61,104 bases of DNA, from positions 1-61,104 of the IMG/VR virus record IMGVR_UViG_3300027833_000051; one strand, 5' to 3'. Positions within the stretch are counted from its first letter, which is position 1. Each line of letters starts with the position of its first letter. The notes under the pieces are model-generated. The model had not been told where the DNA came from. It was given only the letters and a program-made list of their open reading frames with translations, and ran no database searches. This document shows, piece by piece, positions 9,501 to 17,189 of the stretch. The translations under genes and the position numbers were made by a program. This DNA comes from a virus. Lineage: Duplodnaviria > Caudoviricetes.

Positions 9501-9888
9501 GATTTGCACTTGGAGCAATGGCAGTTGGTGTTAACTCACCTAAGTCAATATCTGCACGTACTACCCATGCTCTGTTACTAACACCTAGTAAACTATATGC
9601 TGCTTGTAAGCCATACTCGTTTAGTTCGCCGCCGTGAATTGGATTATTATTATTATCAATTTGAAATAATGGATCACCAAAAGTGTCCGCTAAGTCTCGT
9701 TGTGAAGTAAGCAAGTATGGTTTACCTGCATTAGCTTTTAATGTACCTTGTGCTGTTCCTGTTCCTGCTGCATTAGTTTTATTACCTGCAGAGGCAACAA
9801 AAACTATTGGTACTGTACCTGGTTCAGCTGGGGTATAGAAACTTTCGTCTATTACGCTGACTTGTACGCCCGGTGATGTCAATGCCAT
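6559..9888 (-). CDS. gp18: Contractile tail sheath protein (enlarged, 1109 aa)
   Basis: N-terminal MALTSPGVQVSVIDES. C-terminal PWFAPAGTRRG, LYSNNINPI, GQKT, ALDRINVARL, FEPND, YLVVCDETNNTP, IEPVKAVEFIYI. Confidence 0.97.
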   Translation of the reverse strand: MALTSPGVQVSVIDESFYTPAEPGTVPIVFVASAGNKTNAAGTGTAQGTLKANAGKPYLLTSQRDLADTFGDPLFQIDNNNNPIHGGELNEYGLQAAYSLLGVSNRAWVVRADIDLGELTPTAIAPSANPLSGTYWLDTSSSKYGIQQWNGAAVTTTGGQTFTTKTPIIIETTDGVVDYDGANYAPKASTGAIGDYAIVAVTTLNRTWYKNSVGNWVEVGSNDWTASWPTVKGTNANPTLTGPAADITINGTAISVGANTVTDVASSITSFLTAVGITAANVDGFLEIYSNGDSSGAEDSVTGGPIVIGGDTDKLALLGITANTYHPPAVQVSAHTSVPEFKSTDTVTRPTGSIWIKTTKPNGGANLSVNQWNAETLLWDEKTTGMYDNNAAALAKLDSTAGGTNLAIGEMFAKTNVASDAQPLGTFTIYRRQNVGATTIRSAVVTAAAPGNSSGVTKSFTMSASVKGSATMSTPVTVTVPATTGSASADAGLIANAITSAGVTNVSATIDAQNKIVISHALGGEINFVDTDSLLNNIGFTPFVATNSATTPNLAYTDGTNSSSSPKQYTASNWRVLTYTASANAPTALATQGQLWYNSVVDEVDMMYHNGTTWVGYNDATAFTDADANGPIVGASMPTVQSSGGALVTGDIWVSTADLENYPTVYRFNDNVAGTVAQKWGAPLDTGDQTTEEGILFADARWSTTGGTTTTITDATIAELRTSNFLDADAPDPALYPKGMLLWNLRRSGFNVKRFERNYVDTAEDNVRMGDADMSNYYPHRWVTESGNQADGTGSFGRKAQRKVVVQSLQAVVNNNDEIRDDESRLFNLMATPGYPELIGEMISLNFDRGLTAFILGDSPMRLTPDATSLNEWATNVNQAVEDNDDGLVSRDEYLGVFYPAGFSSDNFGNNVVVPASHMMLRTVALSDQVSYPWFAPAGTRRGGITNASSTGYINNEGEFVSVSLNEGQRDTLYSNNINPITFISGAGLVNFGQKTRARGASALDRINVARLTIYLRSQLNTLAKPYIFEPNDTITRNEIKQAAESLLLELVGQRGLYDYLVVCDETNNTPSRIDRNELYLDIAIEPVKAVEFIYIPLRLKNTGEIAGL

Positions 9889-9919
9889 GTTGTTTCTCCT
9901 GTTGGATTGTTATTGTTAG

Positions 9920-9927
9920 TATTTAGC
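9920..9927 (-). promoter_or_regulatory. Late promoter GCTAAATA
   Basis: Upstream of the sheath SD (AGGAG). Confidence 0.65.
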
Positions 9928-9982
9928 AGACTACAATAAAAATGTGCTAGTTATAGTGGTATAAAAGGGATCTAAAAGGTGA

Positions 9983-9990
9983 GGTAAATA
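9983..9990 (+). promoter_or_regulatory. Late promoter-like GGTAAATA, 4 nt before the ATG at 9995
   Basis: Divergent from the sheath promoter. The overlapping GAGGT could alternatively serve as an SD. Confidence 0.5.
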
Positions 9991-9994
9991 CAGT

Positions 9995-10330
9995 ATGAGA
10001 CCTTTATGCAAGTGTTCGCAAAGACCTGCGGCAATAAACTACAAAAAAGACGGAAAAACTTACTATCGCAAATTATGCGAACGGTGTTTACGTAACGGAG
10101 TGTATCATGGAGTTCCTAAATGGAAGCAAGCAGGTTATGTTAAAAAAGATACATGCGAAAAATGTAATTATAAAAGTACACATCAAGAACAATTTAATGT
10201 GTTTCACGCAGATGGAGATTTAACTAATTCTAGATTTTCTAACTTAAAAACTATATGTGCTAACTGTCAACGTATTATGCAAAAAGAAGGAGTTAAGTGG
10301 AAACAGGGAAATTTAATTCCCGACTTCTAA
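9995..10330 (+). CDS. Zinc-binding HNH-like protein
   Basis: CxC..CxxC, then CEKC..VFHADGDLTN....NLKTICANCQR. The terminal His of the usual CxNCH motif is Gln. Confidence 0.7.
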   Translation: MRPLCKCSQRPAAINYKKDGKTYYRKLCERCLRNGVYHGVPKWKQAGYVKKDTCEKCNYKSTHQEQFNVFHADGDLTNSRFSNLKTICANCQRIMQKEGVKWKQGNLIPDF

Positions 10331-10822
10331 GAAGCTCATTAACTGGTCTAAATTAAACTTTAAATCTCCAAGTGTACCATTGTTGTCAATAGTATAATTT
10401 GCCATCCATTGTTCTAAACTCATTGAGTCAGTTGCTTCGGCTTCTAAATGCATACTACGATCAACCCAAATACAGTAATCAAATACACCTGTGTTTTGCA
10501 TTGCAAAGAATTCACGCTTATTTCTCAGCCCACAATAGATATCGTAAGCTTCAAACATCTCTCTACCTAGAGTTGCTGCATCAGGAACATTATAATCACA
10601 AATAGCATTATACCATTCTGCTCTGTGATTATGCCTGTCAGCATAACACTCTTCCTCATTAGCATATCCATACTTGTCCTTTAGATCATTGTATATAAAT
10701 TGTAGACTACAAAACTTTGAACTGCTTTCAAAAGTATATCCATAGTGATCGCGAAGCATTTCGCATACAGTATCTTTGCCGTGTCGTCCATGTCCAATAA
10801 CAAGTAGTTTAGGTTTGCTCAT
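10313..10822 (-). CDS. gp1: Deoxynucleoside monophosphate kinase (T4 gp1-like)
   Basis: P-loop IGHGRHGKDT, G.RN.RE motif and C-terminal IDNNGTL. Position near tail genes matches T4. Confidence 0.8.
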   Translation of the reverse strand: MSKPKLLVIGHGRHGKDTVCEMLRDHYGYTFESSSKFCSLQFIYNDLKDKYGYANEEECYADRHNHRAEWYNAICDYNVPDAATLGREMFEAYDIYCGLRNKREFFAMQNTGVFDYCIWVDRSMHLEAEATDSMSLEQWMANYTIDNNGTLGDLKFNLDQLMSFLEVGN

Positions 10823-10844
10823 TAACTTCTCCTAGTAATAACTT

Positions 10845-10873
10845 ATTATAAACTAAAAACTAGTAAGTGTCAA
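10845..10873 (-). promoter_or_regulatory. Consensus sigma70 promoter TTGACA-N17-TATAAT for the dNMP kinase
   Basis: Perfect -35 and -10 with 17-nt spacer, followed by an AGGAG SD. Confidence 0.9.
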
Positions 10874-10875
10874 CC

Positions 10876-11118
10876 TTAATCGTAACCTAAACGTGCAACA
10901 TTTTTCATTTCTTCTAAGAGTAGTTCTTGAGCACGATATTCATATGCTTCTTCAAAACCATCTTCATGGATATAAATTTCGTTGTTACCCCAAAGTCTTT
11001 TAAAATATGAATGGTAGGTTTTTTCGACTTCTATGTCGCTCCAGGATGTATCAATAAGTTTGCCTTTGATAATCCAATTTAGCCGATTGGCTTCTTTACG
11101 TACTTCTGGTGAACACAT
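10876..11118 (-). CDS. Small hypothetical protein (80 aa)
   Basis: AAGGAG SD and its own TGTAAATA motif at 11141-11148. Confidence 0.75.
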   Translation of the reverse strand: MCSPEVRKEANRLNWIIKGKLIDTSWSDIEVEKTYHSYFKRLWGNNEIYIHEDGFEEAYEYRAQELLLEEMKNVARLGYD

Positions 11119-11182
11119 TAGCTTCTCCTTGTTACATATGTATTTACACTATAACAAAATGTTGGCGCTAACGGTGGTGAGC

Positions 11183-11232
11183 TAAGTCATTGATTTTATT
11201 AGATTTTTTTCTCTAATGATTTCAATAGGTTA
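11183..11232. repeat. Imperfect 20-bp inverted repeat (TAAGTCATTGATTTTATTAG ... CTAATGATTTCAATAGGTTA)
   Basis: 14 of 20 positions complementary, 10-nt spacer, located at the end of gp13. Confidence 0.5.
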
Positions 11233-11982
11233 TCCAATAACAAATCCGTATCCAGTACCACCTGCTTGTGCCATTGACACTTCGGCTTCAAGTTTTTCCA
11301 TTTCTTGCTGTGCTTCTGCTTTTAAACTAGAACCGTTTAAACTTGTGCCGCCTTGTGGGCCAGCAATAGTAGCAAACTTTTCTCTTGCTTCGCCTAGCAT
11401 ATATTTACAACCAGCAAGTGTATAGTCTTTAATCCACTGAATTGCCATATAGTCATTCAATAGTTCTTCGTCTGGACGATGATTATATACATATAACATT
11501 AATGTTTCGTTAGCTCTAGGACGTTGAAGTATTGTTAATTTTTTAGCAGTTCTATTCCATTTAAATTCAATGTATGCACCAAACATGCGTCCAACAAGTT
11601 CTTGATATTGACTAAACATATCGTACGTTGCAAGACCTCCCATATTACTACTCGATAGCAAATATGTATTAGTGTATGCCATATTAAATGGCTCAAATAC
11701 ACTGCCGCCTTCTCCGCCGCCAGATCGTGATCCAATACTCCTGCGGAATATTTGGCGTACTTCTATTACTTCTTTAGGTAAGACATAATCGTTTTGATCT
11801 ATTACTGTTGGCATAAACAAATATGATTCTTCTACTGAATTTTCAGTACGAGATCTATACCGCGTTAACGCCTTAGTTAATGCAGTTTCATAATGTATAG
11901 GATCGAGTTCAACGTCAATCATGCCTCCGCCAAGGAATGTGTTTACATAATCATATACTTCTTGTTTTTGCGTTGTTGCCAT
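11230..11982 (-). CDS. gp13: Neck protein / head-tail adaptor (gp13-like)
   Basis: LGGGMIDVELD..YVLPKEVIEV..WIKDYTLA..LGEAREKF..GPQGGTSLNG..LKAEAQQEMEKLE..GFVIG. Confidence 0.9.
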   Translation of the reverse strand: MATTQKQEVYDYVNTFLGGGMIDVELDPIHYETALTKALTRYRSRTENSVEESYLFMPTVIDQNDYVLPKEVIEVRQIFRRSIGSRSGGGEGGSVFEPFNMAYTNTYLLSSSNMGGLATYDMFSQYQELVGRMFGAYIEFKWNRTAKKLTILQRPRANETLMLYVYNHRPDEELLNDYMAIQWIKDYTLAGCKYMLGEAREKFATIAGPQGGTSLNGSSLKAEAQQEMEKLEAEVSMAQAGGTGYGFVIG

Positions 11983-12003
11983 TATTATAACTCCTGTACA
12001 AAG

Positions 12004-12035
12004 TATTTATCGTATCTGTTTCATTACGCTAAATA
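12004..12035. promoter_or_regulatory. Back-to-back late promoters: GATAAATA (minus, 12004-12011) for gp13 and GCTAAATA (plus, 12028-12035) for gp14
   Basis: Divergent gene pair. The gp14 ATG at 12041 is 5 nt after its motif. Confidence 0.7.
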
Positions 12036-12040
12036 TGTAT

Positions 12041-13177
12041 ATGCCAAGATTAAGTTTATATAAACCGCAAAAAGGTAACGATTACAACTTTATAGACAAA
12101 CAAGTCTATGAGATGTTTACTGTGGGCGGAACAGACATTCATGTACACAAGTACTTAGGAACTGAAAATCCTACTGATGCAGAAGCTACAGCGGACCAGC
12201 CGCAATATGATAGTGTAGATACAACCAACATACAAGATTTATTATTTTTAGAAAATAGAGACAGAAAATATGATCCTGATGTATATACAATGCGTGGCAT
12301 ATATAATGTACAAGACATAGATTTCAACCTAAGTCAATTTGGGTTGTTTATGGCAAACGATACACTAATGCTAACAATCCATATTAATAGTAGTGTTAAA
12401 ACTATTGGTAGGAAAATTATTTCAGGTGACGTAATTGAGTTGCCGCATTTAGCAGACGAATATGCACTAAATGATTATACTGTTGCACTTAAACGTTTTT
12501 ATGTAGTTGAAGATGTAAACCGTGCAAGTGAAGGGTTTAGTCAAACTTGGTATCCGCACTTATACAGACTTAAATTAAAACAAATTGTTGACAGTCAAGA
12601 ATTTAAAGAAATACTTGATTTACCTGCAGAGGAAGATGCACCAGGTAGCAACACGTTACGTGATTTGTTATCTACTTACGATAAAGAAATGCAAATTAAT
12701 ACTGCTATAGTAAATCAAGCAGAAGCTGATGCAGCAAAATCAGGTTACGACACAAATCATTATTATAATTTACAACTAGATAAAGACGGTAATACAGAAC
12801 TTGTCGATACTGATGCTGACAATATTCCCGACACTATGCAAACACCTAATCGTCCAGGATACAACGGATATTTGTTAGGTGACGGAATACCAACTAATGG
12901 AGAGGCGTTTGGTTTTGGTATTGCATTTGCAGCAGAACCAGCGACCGGGGATTATTTTTTACGTACAGACTTTGCTCCAAATAGATTATTTAGATATGAC
13001 GGTGTGCGTTGGGTTAAGCAAGAAGATAATGTACGCATGACAATGACCCAAACAAATGCAAGAGATACACAAAAAGGTGGCTTTGTAAATAATACTACAA
13101 CTGACACCATCGGTGGTAAAACAACAATTCAAAGACAGAGTCTATCACAAGCACTTAGACCAAAGGCTGACGAATAA
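12041..13177 (+). CDS. gp14: Neck / head closure protein (gp14-like)
   Basis: E.FTVGGTDIHVHKY..QDLLFLENRDRKYD..LSQFGLF..GDVIELPH..WYPHLY. Start placed at MPRL (12041). Confidence 0.8.
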   Translation: MPRLSLYKPQKGNDYNFIDKQVYEMFTVGGTDIHVHKYLGTENPTDAEATADQPQYDSVDTTNIQDLLFLENRDRKYDPDVYTMRGIYNVQDIDFNLSQFGLFMANDTLMLTIHINSSVKTIGRKIISGDVIELPHLADEYALNDYTVALKRFYVVEDVNRASEGFSQTWYPHLYRLKLKQIVDSQEFKEILDLPAEEDAPGSNTLRDLLSTYDKEMQINTAIVNQAEADAAKSGYDTNHYYNLQLDKDGNTELVDTDADNIPDTMQTPNRPGYNGYLLGDGIPTNGEAFGFGIAFAAEPATGDYFLRTDFAPNRLFRYDGVRWVKQEDNVRMTMTQTNARDTQKGGFVNNTTTDTIGGKTTIQRQSLSQALRPKADE

Positions 13178-14196
13178 TGAAATATAGTGATATAAAAATA
13201 GTAGAATCTACTTTACTAGAAGGTGCACCTAGATTGTGTGCTGCACTAAGACGAGCCGCAGGTGAAACTCAATTTTACCAAGATATAGCATGGAAAGCAG
13301 CACTAAGACATATTGCCCTGTATCCTCAAGACGAAGCAGAACTGCGTAGGTGTGCAAACATGACAGCCGGAGACGGCGGAACTGGGACTGGTAGCGGTGG
13401 TGGTGACGGCGGCGGTAATGGTACAGGGACAGGAAATGGTGTTGGCCAAGCTGATGGCACTGGCGGCAAGGGTAATGGCACAGCTGACGGTAATGGCAAT
13501 GGAGATGCTACTGGTGTAAATCCAGGTGCTCAAGCTGCAAAAGATGCACAAGCTGAAAGAGATGCACAAGCCGCAAGAGATGCACAAGCTAAATTAGATG
13601 CAGAAGCAGCCGAAGCAGCAAAAGCAGCCGAAGTAGCTAGACAAGCAGAAGCAGAGACAAAAGCTGCCGAAGCTGCTGCTGAACAAAGAAGAATAGATGC
13701 AGAAAAAGCTGAAGCTGCTGCTGAACAAAGAAGAATAGATGCAGAAAAAGCTGAAGCTGCTGCACAAGCTGAAAGAGATGCAAAAGAAGCAGAGGAAGCA
13801 GCAGAGGAAGCAGCACGAGAAACTAGAGAAGCAGCCGAAGCAGCCGAAGCAGCCGAAGTAGCTAGACAAGCTAGAGAAGCCGAAGCTGAGAGACGTAGAG
13901 AAGCAGTTGAGCGTAGAGAGGCAGCTGAAGCAGCTAGAATAGCAGCAGCAGAGGCAGAAGAGGCAGAAGCTAGAGAAGCGGCGATCAAACAAGCTGAGGC
14001 AGAGGAAGCAGCAGCAAAAGCAGCAGAGGAGGCAGCTGAAGCAGCAGCGGAAGCAGCTAGAGAAGCTGAAGAAGCTGAAACATCAGATACAGAAACTGAA
14101 GAGCCAAAACCTGCTCCTTCAGTTAACCCAGTTGTACCTAATCCTGACGGTCCTAATGTAGATATTCCATTAATACCATGGGATATGGAGGAATAA
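13177..14196 (+). CDS. Gly-rich plus long charged Ala/Glu/Arg helical protein, possible capsid-packaged protein
   Basis: N-terminus MKYSDIKIVE..LLE, Gly-rich linker, roughly 180-aa EAAE/ARQA helix, Pro-rich tail. Coupled to gp14 by TAATG overlap. Confidence 0.75.
   Translation: MKYSDIKIVESTLLEGAPRLCAALRRAAGETQFYQDIAWKAALRHIALYPQDEAELRRCANMTAGDGGTGTGSGGGDGGGNGTGTGNGVGQADGTGGKGNGTADGNGNGDATGVNPGAQAAKDAQAERDAQAARDAQAKLDAEAAEAAKAAEVARQAEAETKAAEAAAEQRRIDAEKAEAAAEQRRIDAEKAEAAAQAERDAKEAEEAAEEAARETREAAEAAEAAEVARQAREAEAERRREAVERREAAEAARIAAAEAEEAEAREAAIKQAEAEEAAAKAAEEAAEAAAEAAREAEEAETSDTETEEPKPAPSVNPVVPNPDGPNVDIPLIPWDMEE
13669..13763 (+). repeat. Exact 42-bp tandem repeat, about 2.3 copies (EAAAEQRRIDAEKA)
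   Basis: gaagctgctgctgaacaaagaagaatagatgcagaaaaagct twice, plus a partial third copy. Confidence 0.9.
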
Positions 14197-15203
14197 TGAG
14201 ATATAAAGATATAAAAATAATAGTACGTGAAGAAAATGCAGAGTTGCCTATAAAAGATGCATATATTGTCCTAGTACGGTTTTCAGATGATTCACAAATA
14301 CGTATTGGTCCTATTCCGGTAGATGTTCTTACAAGTACTGATTTTAGAGAAAAATTAATAGCTAGACTCAAACGATCGTATAATGATTTAACTGTTTCAA
14401 GGTTTTACATCGAAGGTGACCCTGGTACTAACTACCCGTTTAATGTATTAAAGAGAGACGAAATTGCCGATCCCGATGATGTTAATGCTGTACCAGATTT
14501 TAGTGACGACGATAGTGAAACATCAGATATTGGCGAAATTGAGCCTCAAGACGGTGACGAAACTTCTAGCGATGACGACAAACAAGAATTTCCTGTAACA
14601 GGAGTTGGTACAATCTCATCTGCTGAAGCAGCAGAGCAATATAATTCATACGCAGATAGCGTTGACAAGGATCGAGATAATAAACATGACGAAACAGGTG
14701 AGCCAGTATCACGCATGAATGACGAGGGCAAGTTTGTAGATGCTGAAGGTAATATATTAGATATTCCAGCAAATAGCGTCAATCTTCCGTCGTTTGACCC
14801 TAGTAAGTTTGAACCAAGCGACAGTGGCGGCAGTGGTGGTGGTGGCATGACAGGCGAACAAGAAGCTGAAGTACCTAGCATTATCGAAGATTTATTTAAC
14901 GCTATGGACGGACTTGGTACAAACGAAGGTGGGTTGATTGCTGCACTAAGGCGTGTTATAACACCTGATCATTTTATTGAAGTACGAAAGCAATATCAAA
15001 ATGAATATGGCGATAAATTAGGTGAACGTATTAAAAGTGAATTCCAGATTGAGTCTGCAACGTTTGCACCAAATCTACAACAACAACTAAATGAATTAAA
15101 TACAGAGATGAGAAGACTCGGATGGCAATTAGTTCGACCAAAAGGTATACGAATCTTTAATGGACTTATTTGGAAAAAATATTCCGCACCGGAGTCAGAA
15201 TAA
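14196..15203 (+). CDS. Acidic protein with a C-terminal single annexin-like repeat
   Basis: Start at ATG 14196 (GGAGG SD, TAATG overlap). LFNAMDGLGTNEGGLIAAL..EVRKQYQNEYGDKLGERIKSEF matches the annexin repeat pattern. Confidence 0.75.
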   Translation: MRYKDIKIIVREENAELPIKDAYIVLVRFSDDSQIRIGPIPVDVLTSTDFREKLIARLKRSYNDLTVSRFYIEGDPGTNYPFNVLKRDEIADPDDVNAVPDFSDDDSETSDIGEIEPQDGDETSSDDDKQEFPVTGVGTISSAEAAEQYNSYADSVDKDRDNKHDETGEPVSRMNDEGKFVDAEGNILDIPANSVNLPSFDPSKFEPSDSGGSGGGGMTGEQEAEVPSIIEDLFNAMDGLGTNEGGLIAALRRVITPDHFIEVRKQYQNEYGDKLGERIKSEFQIESATFAPNLQQQLNELNTEMRRLGWQLVRPKGIRIFNGLIWKKYSAPESE

Positions 15204-16711
15204 TGCAACATTTTTATGATGGACAAATAAGACGATACATAACACAGATCGTACGCCTTATGAGTAATTTTTCTGTTAAGGATGGCAAAGGCGCTCTTAC
15301 GCAAATCCCAGTAATATACGGTGATTTAACTCGTCAAGTTGCTAACATTATTAGAGAGAACAGTGAAAATAAGATTCCAAGTGCTCCGCGAATGGCAGTA
15401 TATATTACTGGCTTAGAACAAGACACTACTCGAATGTCTGATAGTAGCTATGTTAACAAAGTTAATATTAGAGAACGTGCATACGATGCAACCGGTAATG
15501 AATATCTAAATACTGAAGGCAAGAACTATACTGTTGAACGACTAATGCCAACTCCTTATACATTAACTGTAAATGTAGATATTTGGAGTTCTAATACAGA
15601 TCAAAAATTACAAATACTAGAACAAATATTAATGTTGTTTAATCCTAGTTTAGAAATACAAACAACTGATAACTACATCGACTGGACAAGTCTAAGCGTA
15701 GTAAATCTAACAAATACTGTGTTCAGTAGCAGAAGTATTCCAGTAGGTACAGAGAGTGATATTGATATTGCTACTCTAACATTTAGTACTCCTATCTATA
15801 TTAGTCCTCCAGTTAAGGTAAAACGCCTAGGTGTTATTACACAAGTTATACAAAGTATATTCAACGAACGCCAAGGCACGATTGATTTAGATCTATCAAG
15901 AGCAGGTGGGTATGCTTCATCTACTGCACAAGCTGATATTAAAACTAAAGTAGTAGCTGTTGATGATTTTGATAGCGTTACTGGAGTTGAAGAACAAATT
16001 ATAAATGAAGGTACAACTCTTGCTGATGTTAATTCTTCTATAATTAATTCACATGATAATTACGGTTTATTAATAATGGGCACAACTGCTAAATTAGTTA
16101 ATAAAGGTGTAGTTGGGGCTGAATCATGGACAGGGTATTTAAAATCTATGCCGTTTGAATTTACTACAGGTGTTACTGAGTTAAGATTGTCTAGACAAGA
16201 CTTATCAAATGACATTATAGGAACTGTAGTAGTTAATTCGGTTGATCCCTATCAATTGGCAATTACATGGGACACTGATAGTTTACCTGCAGACACAGTT
16301 ATTCCTGGACCAAATGGCGATAAGAATAAAATTGACTATATTATTAATCCGTATAAAACTAATCCAAGTTCATTAAAGTCAGGCAACCCACGCATACTGA
16401 TATTATCTGATATTAATGACAGTGAAAATGTAGGACAAGATGCCGGATATGAAACACCTGATAACTATGCATATGACGGTCCAGATGCTTGGAAAAATAC
16501 AGACGGCACCGACTTTGTAGCAGGTGCTAATGATATTATCGAATGGAACGGTACTGCTTGGTCTATTGTGTTTGACGCAAGTACGCAAGATGACACGGTT
16601 ATATACACTTCAAATCTTACTACTGGTAAGCAATATAGATACCAAAACGACGAATGGATACTAGCATACGATGGTGAATATCCAAGAGGCACCTGGAGAC
16701 TAGCATACTAA
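15203..16711 (+). CDS. gp15: Tail sheath stabiliser / tail terminator (gp15-like) with C-terminal extension
   Basis: MQHFYDGQIRRY..IPVIYG..PRMAVYI..PTPYTLTVNVDIW..QKLQILEQILMLFNP. Start at 15203 by TAATG coupling. Confidence 0.9.
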   Translation: MQHFYDGQIRRYITQIVRLMSNFSVKDGKGALTQIPVIYGDLTRQVANIIRENSENKIPSAPRMAVYITGLEQDTTRMSDSSYVNKVNIRERAYDATGNEYLNTEGKNYTVERLMPTPYTLTVNVDIWSSNTDQKLQILEQILMLFNPSLEIQTTDNYIDWTSLSVVNLTNTVFSSRSIPVGTESDIDIATLTFSTPIYISPPVKVKRLGVITQVIQSIFNERQGTIDLDLSRAGGYASSTAQADIKTKVVAVDDFDSVTGVEEQIINEGTTLADVNSSIINSHDNYGLLIMGTTAKLVNKGVVGAESWTGYLKSMPFEFTTGVTELRLSRQDLSNDIIGTVVVNSVDPYQLAITWDTDSLPADTVIPGPNGDKNKIDYIINPYKTNPSSLKSGNPRILILSDINDSENVGQDAGYETPDNYAYDGPDAWKNTDGTDFVAGANDIIEWNGTAWSIVFDASTQDDTVIYTSNLTTGKQYRYQNDEWILAYDGEYPRGTWRLAY

Positions 16712-16724
16712 GATAATTATTAGT

Positions 16725-17162
16725 ATGAACTCAAACAACATTATTTGCAGTGGTGCTATTGTATATTCCCTCAATACTCAACGATTTTTATTCTTACATA
16801 GAGTAAAAGGACGTTCAGGAAAGCTATGGGGATTAGTAGGTGGAACAACCGAGGCAGCTGAAACTCCTTGGGAAGGGCTACAGCGTGAAATATTTGAAGA
16901 AATAGGTGAGATTACAATTAAGAAGACAATGCCTTTAGAGACATTTGTTAGTAATGACTCTCGCTTTCGATTTCACACATATCTTTGCGTAGTTGACAAA
17001 GAATTTATGCCAATATTAAATGACGAACATGACGGCTATGCCTGGGTTAATTTTGGTATGTGGCCAAAGCCTCTACATCACGGACTGCACAATACATTAA
17101 AAAATAAAGTCAATGTAGACAAATTAAAAACAGTATTCAAAGTTATAGATTTACTTGACTAA
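16725..17162 (+). CDS. NUDIX hydrolase
   Basis: Nudix box GGTTEAAETPWEGLQREIFEEIG and LNDEHDGYAW. Preceded by GATAATTA-TTAGT-ATG. Confidence 0.9.
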   Translation: MNSNNIICSGAIVYSLNTQRFLFLHRVKGRSGKLWGLVGGTTEAAETPWEGLQREIFEEIGEITIKKTMPLETFVSNDSRFRFHTYLCVVDKEFMPILNDEHDGYAWVNFGMWPKPLHHGLHNTLKNKVNVDKLKTVFKVIDLLD

Positions 17163-17183
17163 TTAACTAAGAGGTAGTATAAT
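17155..17183 (+). promoter_or_regulatory. Sigma70 promoter TTGACT-N17-TATAAT, 6 nt before the hldE ATG
   Basis: Near-consensus hexamers with 17-nt spacer. The predicted +1 falls at or next to the ATG at 17190. Confidence 0.8.
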
Positions 17184-17189
17184 AACATT

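Noticed and set aside
13530-14090. GAAGCAGC-rich repeats as a CRISPR array or satellite
   Set aside because: They are in-frame Ala/Glu codon repeats without a constant repeat and unique spacers.
14178-15202. ORF-track starts at 14178 and 15170 (also 12035 and 49480)
   Set aside because: Downstream ATGs at 14196, 15203, 12041 and 49438 fit SD position, TAATG coupling or promoter spacing better.
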